A DNA stretch of 64,000 nt from Octopus vulgaris (GCA_951406725.2 OX597819.1:92070001-92134000), one strand, 5' to 3'. Positions 40,723 to 55,246 are shown, counted from the stretch's first letter. Notes: a model not told the origin generated them from the sequence alone. Numbers and translations: made by a program.

Positions 40723-42700
40723 AAAGACATGCCACCATCCATTCCCAATTCCAGAGGACATTTTTGCAAAATCAAATGGTCGAAAAATTTTCTTGAAATT
40801 GGAACTGTCTGACGCTTATTTACAGATTAAAGTAAATGACAAATGCTCAAAGTATCTGACAATAAATACACATAAAGGATTGTACAGATATACCCAGTTA
40901 CCTTTTGAATTGAAGTTTGCACCAGCAATATTGCAGCAAATCATGGACGCTGTGTTATCTGCTTGGGAATTTGCAATTCCTTATTTGGACGATATATTGA
41001 TTAAGAGTAATTAGCATGAACAGCATGTGGAGCATAGGAAAACATATTAAAGAGTACTAGTTCACTTTGAAGAAAAATGCGAAATCTTTTTGTCTCAAAT
41101 TAGGTACTTAGAGTAAATATTTGATAAAAATGGTAGACGGCCTGACCTGGCCAGGGCAGACGCAATAAAGAATAAGCCTGCTCCGACAAATATATCAACA
41201 TTACAAGCGTTTCTTGGGCTGGCAAACTACTACTTAAACTACACTCCTAACATTCACAAATTAAGTGTTCCGTTGAACGACTTATTAAAAAAGAAAGTAA
41301 AGTGGAATTGATGGATTAAATGTCAAAACACGATTGAAGCAATAAAAAAATTCTAATTGCAGATTTTTCTCTAGCGTATTTCGATCCTGAAATGGACATT
41401 GTTGCAGGGTCTGATGCTTCAGAGTACAGAATAGGAGCAGTTTTACTACACAAGTATAAGGATGGAAGTACGAAACCAGTGATTCATATTTCACGCTTGC
41501 TGATAGCGGCAGAGAAAAAAATACAGTTAGATAGAAAAGGAAGCCCAATCGATTATCTTAGCGGCGAAAAATTTTCACAGGTTTCTACATGGTTGAAGTT
41601 TTCTGTTGCAAACAAATCATCGACTTTTGCTATCAAGTTGTGTCAAAGGAAGGTTTACCTACCCATACAGCGAATCGACTACAACGTTGGGGTATAATAT
41701 TGCTAAATTACAATTTCAAAATGCAGTATATTCTATCGAAAAATATTAGTCATGTGGACAGTCTATCGAGACTAATTCTCCAAAATACGGAACCACAAGA
41801 ATATACCATGATAGCCGTACTGCAAGCAGAAAATGAAGTAAAAAGTATTACGACTAACGTTACCCAAGAACTAACAGTGACTGCACAGGATATAAGAATA
41901 AAACCTCTCGGGGATGAGAATATTACAGAAATCAAAAAATCAAAAAAGAAGCTTTAAAAAATAAGCAGAATAAAAATACAAGTTCGAGTAGTTTCTCAAT
42001 ATACGACGATATTCTGATGTATGTGCAAATACTACATTACAAAAACGTGTATTGCAGTAATTCCACAGCGGACACCCGAAAATGTCGAGGATCAAAGCTC
42101 TGATGAGGAACTACGTCTATTGGCCGACTATACACCGGGATATTGCAAATTTGGTGAGTACTTGTCGAGATTCCGAGCTCGCGGCCAAAGCCCCACCAGT
42201 AAAATATCAATCGTGGCCGGAGACTGAGAATCCATGGTCTCGATTGCATGTTGTGGAAGACATCTGTACAAAGTAGCCAGAGGTATGCACGTGAAATAAA
42301 CCAACTGCCAAGGCAACTATAAACTTCCTATATGAATTGCTTGTGCGATACAGTGTTCCAGACACGTTAGTTTCTGATAATGGAACGCATTAATCGGGGT
42401 ATGAATTCATGAACTTCTGTAAAATGCATGCGATAATGCATATTGTCACTCCACCTTAATTGGGTAGGTAGAAAGATTCGTGGACATGTTCAAAAGAACG
42501 TTAAGAAAGGCTAGAAACGAATTAAGTAACGACAAAATTCTTAAGCTTATATTGAGTAAACCCCAATCCAAGTACAAATTCAGGAAAGTCACTCGCAGAG
42601 CTGATGTTCACGAGAAGAATAAAATCGATTTTCAATAAGTTATTACCAGAGAAAAAAGATATAAAGGAAATGCAACGAAATATTTCGAAGAGGTGATAAA
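40723..42700 (+). pseudogene. Gypsy pol pseudogene (RT, RNase H, integrase)
   Basis: ORF pieces 40793-41014, 41392-41697, 41589-41957 and 42082-42276; many stops and frameshifts. Confidence 0.9.
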
Positions 42701-43196
42701 ATACATTTTAAAACCTACAGAAATGGTAAAGAAGGCTAGGAGGATGCCCTTGTAACCAATGAAATAGGGAGTATGATGTATCTAATTAATAGGTAGACGG
42801 CCTGACCCGGCCAGGGCAGACGCAATAAAGAATATGCCTGCTCCGACAAATATATCAACATTACAAGCGTTTCTTGGGCTGGCAAACTACTACTTAAACT
42901 ACACTCCTAACATTCACAAATTAAGTGTTCCGTTGAACGACTGAGAACATAAGAGACACATAAATCAGTTAAAGAAGAGACATACTGAAGAACGGAGAGA
43001 AATTCCTATGGAAGTATTTTTTGATGTATTCGAGGTCTCTGCACCGGAAGTAATGGAGTCCCGTAAAGCCAGCTTGAGAAAACGGAAGCAGACCGAACAC
43101 CTTGAGATAATGCCCAAGCGAAAAGATACTAAAAAAATAACAATAATAAATAAAACTTCTTTATTCCTTCAGAACTCGAAATCTCAAAAAGAGGGA

Positions 43197-43486
43197 TGTT
43201 GTGGCGAGAGTACGACACCCTCTGAAGAGAATAGACGGGGCCACTGTATATAAATAGCAGTGGTCTGACGTAGTCGGCAGTTCGTACTTTGGTATTCGAA
43301 GTCCAGGCATAGTTTACAGTTCGAGTTAGAGTGTTGGGAATATTGATTGTTGGTTCGTAAAATATTGTTTGTTTGTTACTGCCGCTGTTTTTATCTTATA
43401 TTGTTATAACACTGTTACAGTGTATCCTTCAACTATCGTCGACAATATCAACCGTACTACGACATAGGAGGCTTAAGGATATAACA
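43197..43486 (+). repeat. 3' LTR (290 bp)
   Basis: Follows PPT aaaaagaggga; begins tgttgtggcg and ends ataaca before the TSD. Confidence 0.88.
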
Positions 43487-44067
43487 ATCATAAAGTTATA
43501 TATCACACAGATGTTCACTATGGCCTCACAGAATTCAGACTTCAGCACACAGAATGTAAGCATGTTCATATGTTATGTAAGTAGAAATCACAACTTTAAA
43601 AAAAAATTATTCGCTTAGTCACAAACATCTTTCATGTTTTTACTGTAAACAGTTAAAATTGGTTATAATTTTGTTTCTGAAAATGATTTAGAACGCAATG
43701 AAATAACATTTCCAAGTTCTGTAGAATGATACTGGTGAAACCGAGGTCTATCGCTTTAAATATTCAAGAACATGATTCTTTTTCTTTCTTTATCATTTGT
43801 TCTTTATTTTCACAGCATTTTGTTTTCATCAGAGACTGTTCACCTTGAATGAGATGAATTTTTCAATTAGATCTAAGGATTTCTCCTTCGTGGAATAAAC
43901 TTACAATCATTCATTTAGAAGCCATTTGATACACCAATCATATCTGTTTTCTGGGCACGTAAGGTGTTAGATTGGAAATAGTAATAACTATTTGTACTAA
44001 ACAATCTGAAAGTGCAAAATATAATATTAGTAGAATTTAAGTGTATAATATAATATGAGTAGAATTT

Positions 44068-44390
44068 AAGGCGGTAAGCTGGCAGAAACGTTAGCATGCC
44101 GGGCGAAATGCTAAGCAGTATTGTGTCTGAGTCGACAATATCAAACGTACTACGATATAGGAGCCTTAAGGATATAACAATCATAGTCATATATCACATA
44201 GATGTCCACTATGGTCTCACAAAATTCAGACTTCAACGCACTGAACGGCCTGAGTTCAAATTCCGCCGAGGTCGACTTTGCTTTCAACCTTTCGGGGTCG
44301 ATAAATCAAGTATCGGTTGCATGCTGGGGTCGATCTAATCGACTAGCGCTCTCCCCACAAATTTCGGGCCTTGTGCCTAGAGTAGAAAAG
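44068..44390 (+). mobile_element. SINE family A with TSD, interrupted by a 115-bp templated insert
   Basis: TSD aata(t/c)gagtagaattta at 44052-44068 and 44391-44407; insert at 44131-44245. Confidence 0.85.
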
Positions 44391-44659
44391 AATACGAGTA
44401 GAATTTACGTAAACATAATATTAATATAGGTTGAGTGTGAAATAAAATTAGCTAGTTAATAATATGCAACGAGACTGTATATATTCATTGATGAATTCAT
44501 TTTTGGTCCATCTCTATATAATTGAATCAACCAATAAATAAATAAATCAAACAAACAATCAAGTAATCAGAATTTCATACACTAATTTAATCGATAAATT
44601 TGCGAGTATCTTATCAGCCCTTTATCATTATAATAAATTGAGAATGGCACATTTATGAT

Positions 44660-45720
44660 CAACAGGGAGTCTGCCCATGATAGTTGACAAACTTACTCAT
44701 TTGGTAGCGGATGCCAGCGTTGGTTGGATTCGATGAGCAATGATTTGCAGTACAGTGACCATCACGCCTGTTTCTTAATTGGATTCCAGATTCAAAGATC
44801 CAATGGCAAGACAATAAACTCGTATTCCCTGTTTACTCTACCAGCATATGTGATGCAGTCCTCGTCGTTGCTTTTCTCTGTGTTCAGACACTTCCAATGT
44901 GTGTTGAACAATGAGCGTTTTTCATTGAGAATTTTACACAATATATTTATTGTGTAATTAAAGTTTATGTCCGAAGTTTTTCTTGGGAGTACATTACTGT
45001 ATCGTTCATGTTCTGTTGCCACCAGTTTTCTTAATATTAAGCGTGGTTTTCATATCGTCGTTACAATCTTTACATTATTTCTCGAAGATTTGCTCATAAC
45101 TTCTGTAGTATGCTTCAAGGTAACTCCTTCGTCAGGTTCGTATTTGAACTCTGTTGTGGAGTTCGCGACATAGTCGGTCGAATACACTTTTTCTGACTTT
45201 CCTGACGACTTCTGTAATTTCAGCATTTGGTGCTGTAATATTATTTGTTGTTGTTGCTGCTGCTGTTGTTCTGTCAGTTGTTGTTGGTGGTGTTCGTGTT
45301 GCTGTTGATTCAGCTGTTGTTCTCACAGTTACAGCTACTACTGCTGCTGTTGTTCTTTCAGTTGCTGTTGTTGCTATTTTTGCAACTCGAACAAATCGGC
45401 CAACAAATTTTCCATAATTTTCCGTTTTTTTTCGTAAAATTCACACAACAAAAACTTTTGTGAGTTTTTGATAACTCCACGTGAGTTGTTAATTTCTCAT
45501 GAGTTGTTAAAATCCTCGTCAAGTTTATTCTTCGTGAGTTGTTTAAATCCTCGTTTCCACTGTTACATTTCCTTACAATGTTGGATTGTTACAACACCCA
45601 CTTGGATTTACAGTATACTTAGTAAAACCAGTAAAGACACGACTATCTCTCTCAGCCTGCTACGTACTCTCGTACTTCACGTACCTCTCTTTAATTATAA
45701 TGTATACTTTTGTATGCCAA
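44660..45720 (-). mobile_element. Second Gypsy remnant: gag, PBS-like site and LTR end
   Basis: Minus strand EFKYEPDEGVT...LRKLVATEHERY...SLFNTHWKCLN...EDCITYAGRVNRE; 'tgtaaca g tggaaacgagg' junction near 45550-45567; LTR start not located. Confidence 0.7.
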
Positions 45721-46064
45721 AGCGTAGCTAGGGACCAGTCCTCTTCAAAAACAGTTTTCAATTTGATTAAGAACTGAATTAGCGACAAGCTCTGAAAGAT
45801 GCTGCGTGTGAGTAAATTGCCGTAGTTGAATGACATTTCAAATATGTAAGCATAATTTCTTCTACACTGAAATTGATACAAGATGACGAATATTGCAAAA
45901 CGGCCGTAATCCTAAGGATGTCACGTGGATAAATAAATATATAATCACCTCTCGTATCTCATGTCTCTTATTGCGTATGTATGTGTGTATGTATGTACGT
46001 ATGTATTTGTGTGTATATGTGTGTGGGTGTGTGTGTATTGTGTATGTATGTATGTACATATACA

Positions 46065-46240
46065 ACCATATTCTCTCTCTGTTTTTTACCTCTCTTCATC
46101 TGGATTCTCTCCGCATTCCTTTCTGTCGAAAAGCGTAGGCTCGGAACATTAAAAACTCTTCCGTTTTATCTGAGTGTCAAACTATTACTCCTTGTTTGTC
46201 GTTCCCTCGTCTGTCTCTGTCTTTTGCTATTTTGAGTTTT
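46065..46240 (+). mobile_element. Family H element, degenerate
   Basis: 'cctttctgtcgaaaagcgtaggctcggaacattaaaaac'. Confidence 0.6.
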
Positions 46241-47201
46241 TGCGCAATTTTGGACGATATGTATAGGCATGTAAGTCGACAAGCACACGTCAGACATTTT
46301 CGTCTTGCCTGCTCCTTTTACGTTTTTCAGTTTCTCTCATGTTTCACTGTCTCTCTCTCCTTGACATCTAACTTCAAAGAAGAACAGCACCTGAAACTTC
46401 ACCATTAACTCTCCCCATTTCTTGGAGAGCCAAGCTGGCAACTTTGATCATCTTGTTTTTTTAAATATTTTGTATTCTTTCACTATCTCTACTTTTAATT
46501 TCCAGATCATTTATTTTTTTAGAGTAGAATAAAAAACGACATAGGTGTCATCGAAGATTCCGATTTAACAAGAGGAACGGACAAGAAAGTTATGTTGGCG
46601 CATTACATACTCTCTCTATTTTACTTCATATTCAAGTTTTTTTCTCTTTCTTAAGAAAACAATCAAAGAGATTGTTTCTCTCCAGAGGAACAAACATTGC
46701 GAAGAGAATTCAATAGCACATTTGTGTCTAGAACGTCTAATCCACAGCATTTTCTATTTGATGTTATTTATATTGGTTAATACTAACGCATTCGTCTATT
46801 TATATTTATAGCGCTACACGATGGCGGGAGAAGAAAACGGTTTAGATGAAACGATTGAACTATGTCTTTGTTTGTAAGCTGGAATGTTATAAACGATAAC
46901 GACATTTCTTGTTCGGCTGGAATGCAGTTAAATCTACGTTGAGGACATATTTGATTAGGTATAGACAAAAATAAATAAAATATCGAACGCATTATCAAAT
47001 GAAAATAAATACACAAATAAAAAGAGTAAATAAAATAGTGTAGCAATAATGCTGTTCATATATTTTTAGTATCGATTTCTTAATTACAAAAGAAACAACG
47101 AATAAGAGTCGTCAAAGGCTTGAATTTATAAAGAACAGGTGTTTTCACAGGTTTGATTCATTGACAGGACAGACTGGGTTGTCTGTCTGTCTTTTTGTCT
47201 G

Positions 47202-47297
<96 letters not shown>

Positions 47298-47354
47298 CCT
47301 GTCTGTTTGTATATGTATGTATATAAATGTACACACACACACACACACACATAT

Positions 47355-47653
47355 GTGGAGGCACATGGCCTAGTGGTTAGAGCAGCGGACACGTGGTCGG
47401 GGGATCGCGGGTTCGATTCTCAGACCGGGCGATGTGCGTGTTTATGAGCGAAACACTTAAGCTCCACGCGGCTCCGGCAGAAGGTAATGGCGAAATTCTG
47501 CTGACTCTTTCGCCACAACTTTCTCTCACTCTTTCCTCCTGCATGATGCAGCTCATCTGTGACGGACCGGCGTCCAGGTGGGGAACCCATACGCCAAGGA
47601 AACCGGGAAACCGGTCCTAATGAGCCAGGTGTGTCTTAAGAAGGAACAAACAA
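47355..47653 (+). mobile_element. SINE family C
   Basis: A-box tggcctagtgg, B-box ggttcgattc; shares the 5' body with the 15105 copy. Confidence 0.85.
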
Positions 47654-47712
47654 TATATATATATATTGTTCCATGGTTATGAGTAAGTATCTCATTTATT
47701 TCTTTGCCACAT

Positions 47713-47772
47713 TTATCACTGACGAAGAGAGGGTTATTGCGAACTAACCCTGAAATCGGTCCGATATGGTAA
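47713..47772 (+). ncRNA. Type-I hammerhead-like motif
   Basis: ttatca CTGACGA agag AGGGTTA ttgcgaac TAACCCT GAAA TCG gtc CGA TA tggtaa; 4-nt insert before stem II; AUA site. Confidence 0.65.
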
Positions 47773-47999
47773 TAATGGAATTTTTTAGAAATTTCCGTCA
47801 GCTTTGTTTTTTCGAGTAGCGTGCGTATGGAGAAAAATTATATGGTTATGGACAATATGTTCAATTTTGGCATATTTGGCATTAGAAATTTTTTCATTTG
47901 GCCTTATTTATAAGTTGTTTATAATTTTAACCTTTAAAGGTATTTTTTAATATGCTGGCCATTAATAAAATTTTGTTTCGAAAAAATTTTATCCTACAT

Positions 48000-48368
<369 letters not shown>

Positions 48369-48639
48369 GTGTTTCTGCGTTCGTGCATGTGTGTATATAA
48401 GCAGTTTTTTGTTGGTGTAAATTCATACCTTGATCGATTTGTGTAACTGAACAACGCCCATGCATTACCATTAGTATTTTAGCTGCTCATATCGATCACC
48501 TACTGGTTTCATCATTCCCTCTTTGTAGGACCGCGAAATTACGAGGCGGAGATACATCGATATATACATTTATATATACATACATACATACCTACATGCA
48601 TACATACATAAGTGTTCATATTTGGTTATAGAACGAGGA

Positions 48640-49219
48640 AAGTTAGTCCCCCAATTCCAAAACATGAGCATCCACGGTCTCTCTATCTTCCCCATGAAAG
48701 TTACAAGCACCTAGGCATAGACGAAAATGTATCATATGAAGGCACTGTAACTAAAGATAGAGTGACACGAGAATATTACACTAGACTTAGGAAAATATGG
48801 CAGTTGGAACTCTCCTCTTACAACAAAACAACATCCCATAATACATCTGCAGTACCAGTTCTGATCCCAACATCTGGGATACTTGATTGATCTGTAGAGG
48901 AAATCCACTCCACAGATGTCAAAACCTGCAAGATCATGACAACTGGGGACTTCCACAGAAACAATGATGTTGATTAGTGCAGACGGCCCTCGAATTCTGT
49001 ATGGTATCACTCAGGCAGCACCTGCGAAGCAACAGCAACAATAATAAATGTATAAATGCAGTGCTGAAAAGTGAAGTGTGCAACATTGTACGAGTTGGCA
49101 GTGAATTCCTCAAGAAATACTCTCTTCCTGATGATTGCCTATTCAGCCCCAAAACAGCTGGGCTCTCTTACTTCAGAGAAGACCTGGATGGAAAGCACTC
49201 AGCATACAAGAACAAAAGA

Positions 49220-49258
<39 letters not shown>

Positions 49259-49480
49259 AAGACTATGCATGGATATGTCGGCCGGAAGCGTGAAGAAGGC
49301 AGTAGAATTGACAAGAAGCGAAGCCTCTCTTGGACACAAGACCATTACATCACATCACACTTTGAAGGCTATGCGTTTGCAATCCAGGAACAGAAGAAAT
49401 ACTGGTGGGATATTCTCATCAAAACTTCTTTCAAATGTAATCATGACAGGCCGGATTTTGCTGTGTGGTTAATTCCAGAA
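48640..49480 (+). mobile_element. Dong/R4-type LINE fragment (post-RT to RLE)
   Basis: SYKHLGIDEN...REYYTRLRKIW...AVPVL; MHGY...FEGYAFAIQEQ...WWD...HDRPD. Confidence 0.8.
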
Positions 49481-49772
49481 CCTGATATTAGGGAAGGGAA
49501 CTTTTGGATCACTACATACATACATACATACCCATCTGGAGCAAAGTATGGCTGAATTCGGGATCATGGGCAGAGAACGCAAATCCTTAATTCATATCGA
49601 ACATATCATCCCGATATCTGGGACTATAAAAATCTGCAAGCCCTTAAGATTTAAATGATATTGGTTAAAGCAAATTACTATCCTTCACAGCCGTACTACC
49701 GAGTAGGTGACCGGTCACAATTTACTCTAACTTAAAAAGAAAAAGGAAAAAGAAGACACATACATAAATAAA

Positions 49773-49866
<94 letters not shown>

Positions 49867-49867
49867 T

Positions 49868-50048
49868 TCTTACTTGTTTCTGTCATTTGACTGCGGCCAT
49901 GTTAGAGCAGCACCATTAGTTGAATATATCGACCCCAGAAATTATTCACTGTAGGTCTAGTACTTATTGCATCGGTCTATATTGCCCGACCGCTACGTTA
50001 CAGGGACGTAGATACACTAACATCGGTTGTCAAGCAATGGTGTAGACA

Positions 50049-50136
<88 letters not shown>

Positions 50137-50512
50137 CACACGGCGGGCTTCTCTCAGTTTCCGTCTACCAAATCTACGCACAAGGCTTTGGTCAGCCCGA
50201 GGCTATAGTAGAAGATACTTGCCCAACTTGCCACGCTGTGGGACTGAACGCAGAACCATGTGGTTGGGAAGGAAGCTTCTTAATGTGAGCGTCTTTGTGC
50301 TCGTGTTTGTCCCCACCCACCGCTTGACAACCTCAATTGGTGTGTTTACGTCCCCGTAACATAGCCGTTCAGCAAAAGAGAACGGAAGAATAAGTACAAG
50401 GCTTTAAAAACTAAGTCCTGGGTCGATTTGTTCGACTAAACCCCTTTAAGGTGGTGGCCCAGCGTGGCTGAAGTCAAAAATAATTGAAACAAGTAAAAGA
50501 CAAACGATAAAA
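49868..50512. mobile_element. Two SINE family B pieces in opposite orientation (49868-50280 minus, 50283-50512 plus)
   Basis: Homology to 63189-63599. Confidence 0.75.
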
Positions 50513-51324
50513 GATACACACATAAATACATACATACGTACATACATACATACCTACATACATACATACATACATACATTACTGTCATCACTTCCTAAAA
50601 GCCTTGCTCCAAGTCGTGTCGAAGCCAGTCGCTTATCGATGAAGTTCAAGTGCAAGAATATTTGATGTTCCTTTTTGTCAGCCTGTCAACAAGCTTTCCG
50701 ACTTTATAAAATTGCACCAACGGTACATCTCGTAAGTCTAAATCTATAATCACTTTCTCATGTCGGTTCTTCGATTTTCTTTTGAATTCTATTGTGAACA
50801 TTTTTACTGAACATATTTCCCCAGGAATAAATCGCTCTGGAGTTTTCGATATTTGCATGTCACCTCGTTCATTAATTGGTGCTATTATCAAGCGGTTTAA
50901 GTCATTCGGTGTGTTTTCTGCTTTTCGTACTATGTTCAATATTACCTATAACATATAAAACCTGTGTTCCTCTGTTTTCTATAACAACTCTATGAATGGT
51001 TTCACGGCCGTTCAAGCATTTTGTTACTTTTCTGCATTTCCTTTTTCTAATTTTGCATTAGTATGCATTCTGAAGGATCATCCTGCATATCTGATATTGC
51101 TTCCGGTTTGCGTTGGAATTTAGTGTTAAGATTTTATTCGAAATAGCTTTTCCAGTCTTGAAGTAATTCAGTTCTATTTACATGTACGTTCTTGCTTTTA
51201 TGTTCGATAACACTGAATCTGTTTTCTGCTCTTGCTCAACATTTCACTCACTGACTTTAAAATGTTGATATTATTGTTCTGCAAGTAAGAACCGTGTCAC
51301 TTTTTATTTTCTTCCTTTTATATA

Positions 51325-51762
51325 TTGGTTTCAAAATTTGACGCAAGGCCACCAACTTCAATTTCGGTGGAGGGGAAATATCGATTACATCTCCCCAAAT
51401 ATTCAACTGGTACTTATTTCATCGACCTCGAGAGAATGAAAAGCGAAGTCAACTTCGGCTGAATTTGAACTCAGAACGCCAAGACAGACGAACTGTCGCT
51501 AAGCCCTGTGCCCGGCCTGCTAACGATTCTTATTTCTTTATTGCCCACAAGGGGTTAAACAGAGGGAACGAACAAGGGCAGACAAAGGGATTAAGTCGAT
51601 TACATCGACCCTAATGCGCAACTGGTACTTAATTTATCGACCCCGAAAGGATGAAAGGCAAAGTCGACCTCGGCGGAATTTGAACTCAGAACGTAAAGAC
51701 AGACGAAATACCGCTAAGCATTTCGCCCCGCCTGCTAACGATTCTGCCAGTTTACCGCCTTT
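51325..51762 (-). mobile_element. Two nested SINE family A copies
   Basis: Family core seen twice. Confidence 0.8.
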
Positions 51763-51949
51763 ATCCTTTTATATATTGACTGTCCTTTTCAGTGCTTTAT
51801 CTTTCATCTTTTACTTGTTTCAGCCACTGAATTGCGGTCAAGCTGGAGCATCGACTTGAAGGGTTTTAATCGAACAAATCAACCTCAGTATTTACTTTTT
51901 GACCATGGTACTTATTCTATCATCCTCTTTTGCTGAACCACTAATTTTA

Positions 51950-52997
51950 CGGTGGTGGGTGGGGCGGCATAAAGTCCATGGTTGTTATATCTGGGGAGGG
52001 GAAAGGAATGAGGCCACCTTTTCTTCCAGTGATCTGGAAACCTTTCATTTAAAAATCCGCATACGTTTATTTCCCGATGAAGCGATGCTCCATCTTGTTG
52101 AAGGATGACATTTGGATGGAAATCTAGTTGTGGCACAAAGTATGCATTTAAAATACCAAGGTAAGTATCACCTGTTATTGTCGTTTCCGATGGGAAGAAC
52201 TGACCAATAACTTTGTTGCATAAAATCCCGCACCACACATTGACCTCCAACTATCGCGTTCGATTTCCTCAGTAATGTGGGGATTTCCCGATTTCCAAAT
52301 TTTTGCACTATATTTGCTACGCTTTCCAGACATACGAAGTTTACCTAATCGGTAAAGTGAATGTGATTAAAGAGGTTATCTTCTTCGATTTTTTGCAGAA
52401 TTGCAATAGCAAATTCTTTCCGTTGCGGTTTGTCGTTTAACTTAATTGTGTCTAATAACTGAATTTTATATGCATAAAACCTCAGATTCTTATGCAGCAC
52501 TTTATGAATTGATGATATCGGTAATTGCATCTGAGCGGAAGTAGTACGGGTGGACTTAGATGGGGAACGTTGAAATGACTGACGGATACGCTCAATATCT
52601 TCTTCAGATGTTCTTGGCCTTCCAGTCTCCTGTTTATGTAGCACCATCACCGTTTCCATAAATTGCTTATGCCAGATATGAACCAATTAATGTGCCTGAG
52701 CTTGTCCATGTAAACATGGACAAGCTGTGTAATTTCTTTGTGTTTGAATATCTGACATTGTTCTGTTAAACCAAGACCACAAATTGTGCCTTTCCATGTG
52801 GAGCACTCACTGTCTGAAACACAAAATAACATTAATTGTGGTCGGAAATATAACATCATGACGTTCATAAAACTATTGATATTATTTGAAATCTTTAATA
52901 ATAACATATTAATATGCAAAAAAAATGTAGTTGCCGCATTTTCTAAGGTTTTCGTAATGACTTTTTGAAATTGTCTAAAGACTTTATGGACATCCTG
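51950..52997 (-). mobile_element. Tc1/mariner-superfamily transposon remnant (rosa/DD41D-like), one TIR retained
   Basis: TIR TA|CAGGATGTCCATAAAGTC at 52997; GRPRTSEE...FQRSPSKSTR...YAYKIQLL...FTD; VNVWCG...QQDGASLH...FLNERFP. Confidence 0.85.
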
Positions 52998-54253
52998 TAT
53001 ATGTAAGGCAATATCTATGAACAATAGAGATATCAAGAAAGTGTTAGCATTTCTGGTTTATGAATGGAAAAGAGATAGGCTGTAAGGGGAAGACAGCTTC
53101 AACAGTAATAGCGTACATAGACGAAAGAATAGCAAAGGTTGAAAGGCAAGTGTGCCAGATGACTGAGGTAAACGTATTTGATGAAAACGTATGGATAGTT
53201 TGAAAATATTTCAATAAGGAAATTTAACAGGAGACAAATCAGAAATTTCTCTTCAAATATATTCTAAGCGGGATTTTATTTCGACTAGAAACGATGACAA
53301 ATAAACACTTGTTGTCATTTAATAGCATTTCGCCAGCGGCAGAACTCCTTTTAACCACAATCAGCTCTTATAGCTGCAATTGTCACCGCCTCTCATCTCC
53401 ACAGATTAAATTACTATTGCCACTATTTATTATCTAGAGGCAATAGCATTGGATGGTCGACGTAAATCGTTCAGGATAGATTTTAAGAAACCTAAACACG
53501 AACAGCAAATCAATAGAAAACGAAAAAATGGCTGCAGGTAGAATCTAATAACAATAGGTTTTTCCATTGTTCACGTGAGTCTCAATAGAATTCACGTGAC
53601 ATAATATAATGCAGCTCAATATTGGTGGACATTATTTAACAGCTTTTAAACAAACAAACGTCATGCGATACAGGTGGACATTTTAGTTTTCGTCGCAGAG
53701 TTGCAAGGGAGTGATTTGTAGAGGTTAAAGCATCAGTGGTTCACACCCAACCATCAAAGTTTTTGCTGTTTATGTGGCTACGACCAAGCAAGCAGCTTCT
53801 ATGCAATCGCTACATCTCCTCGAAACAGCAGCTAGATTTTCTTCAAATCCTACGTAGGCATTTTGAAGACGGAAAGATCACGTTGGATAATGTTGATCTA
53901 GAGGATTCTAAAATTCCAATATGGTCTTATTTTTTGATAGTTGCAGCGCTACTTATAAAAGAGCTGCTCGACCAGAACTAAATACATACAGCGAGCAATC
54001 ATTATTATCCGGTTTTGAATATCTCCTAAGACAGTAAGTGAAAATAATTAGCAGGCAAAGTACTTGTGTTAATGCAACTGATTATAACCACCGAAAGTGT
54101 TGTCCCAGAATGTCTGCGGTCCAATATTTAAAACCATTCAAAGCATAAAAAATGCAAACGTAACTAAACTTTGGTACTCGGTAGAACTGAATTCAAGATC
54201 TATGAGCAGAAATCTATAATGAAACAGTAGAGTCACGAGCTAAGTGTCTCTGA

Positions 54254-54309
<56 letters not shown>

Positions 54310-54311
<2 letters not shown>

Positions 54312-54590
54312 ATGACCGATATCCAAACTACAGTGAAAAAGGCTTGCCACTGGATTCGGTTAAAAAGAGACGATCAGCAATGGCTAGAAAAGTATTGAAC
54401 TTTATTTAATAACCAGTTGATCAAGCCAACGGGGCCTCATATGAGTGAGGGACCGGTGCGCATTGATGCTGTCGAGAGGTAGGCCCCGAAACGGCGCTCA
54501 TTCTCTCCTGGTGACCCCATACACTTGCTGACTTCCGGTATGCGAAGTTCTCGACTGGTAGCATTTGCATGTGCAAGTTGTTTGCAAAAC
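54310..54590 (+). mobile_element. Possible RLE-class (HERO/NeSL-like) retroelement 3' end
   Basis: TTVKKACHWIRLKRDDQQW* resembles the AE.AS.W.W.KR terminus; GC-richer UTR follows. Confidence 0.35.
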
Positions 54591-54597
54591 ATATATA

Positions 54598-54808
54598 TTC
54601 TTTTATTCTTTTACTTGTTTTAGTCATTTGGCTGTGGCCATGCTGGAGCACCGCCTTTAGTCGAACAAATCGCCCGCAGAACTTATTCTTTGTAAGCCTA
54701 GTACGAGGACCTAGGCACACCAGCATCGGTTGTCAAACGATGGTGGGGAGACAAACACAGACACACAAACGTACACACATACGCACACACACACATACAT
54801 ATATATGC

Positions 54809-54839
<31 letters not shown>

Positions 54840-54841
54840 TG

Positions 54842-54889
<48 letters not shown>

Positions 54890-55045
54890 CACGACGGGCT
54901 TTCAATTTCCGTCAACCAAATCCACTCGCAAGACTTTGGTCGGCCCGAGGCTATAGTAGAAGATACTTGCCCAAGGTGCCACACAGTGGGACCGAACTCA
55001 GAACCATGTGGTTGGTAAGCAAGCTATTTACCTCACAGCCACTCC
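54598..55045 (-). mobile_element. SINE family B, full length
   Basis: Reverse complement of 63189-63599 architecture. Confidence 0.85.
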
Positions 55046-55075
55046 ATATCTATGTGTGTGTGTGTGTGTGTGTGC

Positions 55076-55122
<47 letters not shown>

Positions 55123-55212
55123 TATACATACATACATACATACATATATATATATATATATGTATATGTATATATATATGTATATATATATATATGTATG
55201 TATATATATATG

Positions 55213-55246
<34 letters not shown>

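Larger units (their letters stand above)
40479..43486 (+). mobile_element. Decayed Ty3/Gypsy LTR retrotransposon
   Basis: 5-bp TSD ATCAT at 40474-40478 and 43487-43491; termini TGTT...AACA; RT (LELSDAYLQ, YTQLPF, PYLDDILI), RNase H (SDASEY, ANRLQRW), integrase (YVYWP, PWSRLHV, VSDNG); PPT at 43186-43196. Confidence 0.93.

Noticed and set aside
53736-53981. 81-aa ORF as a host exon
   Set aside because: It overlaps a degenerate repeat also seen near 21290, 32780, 32945 and 35910, and shows no homology I can recognise.
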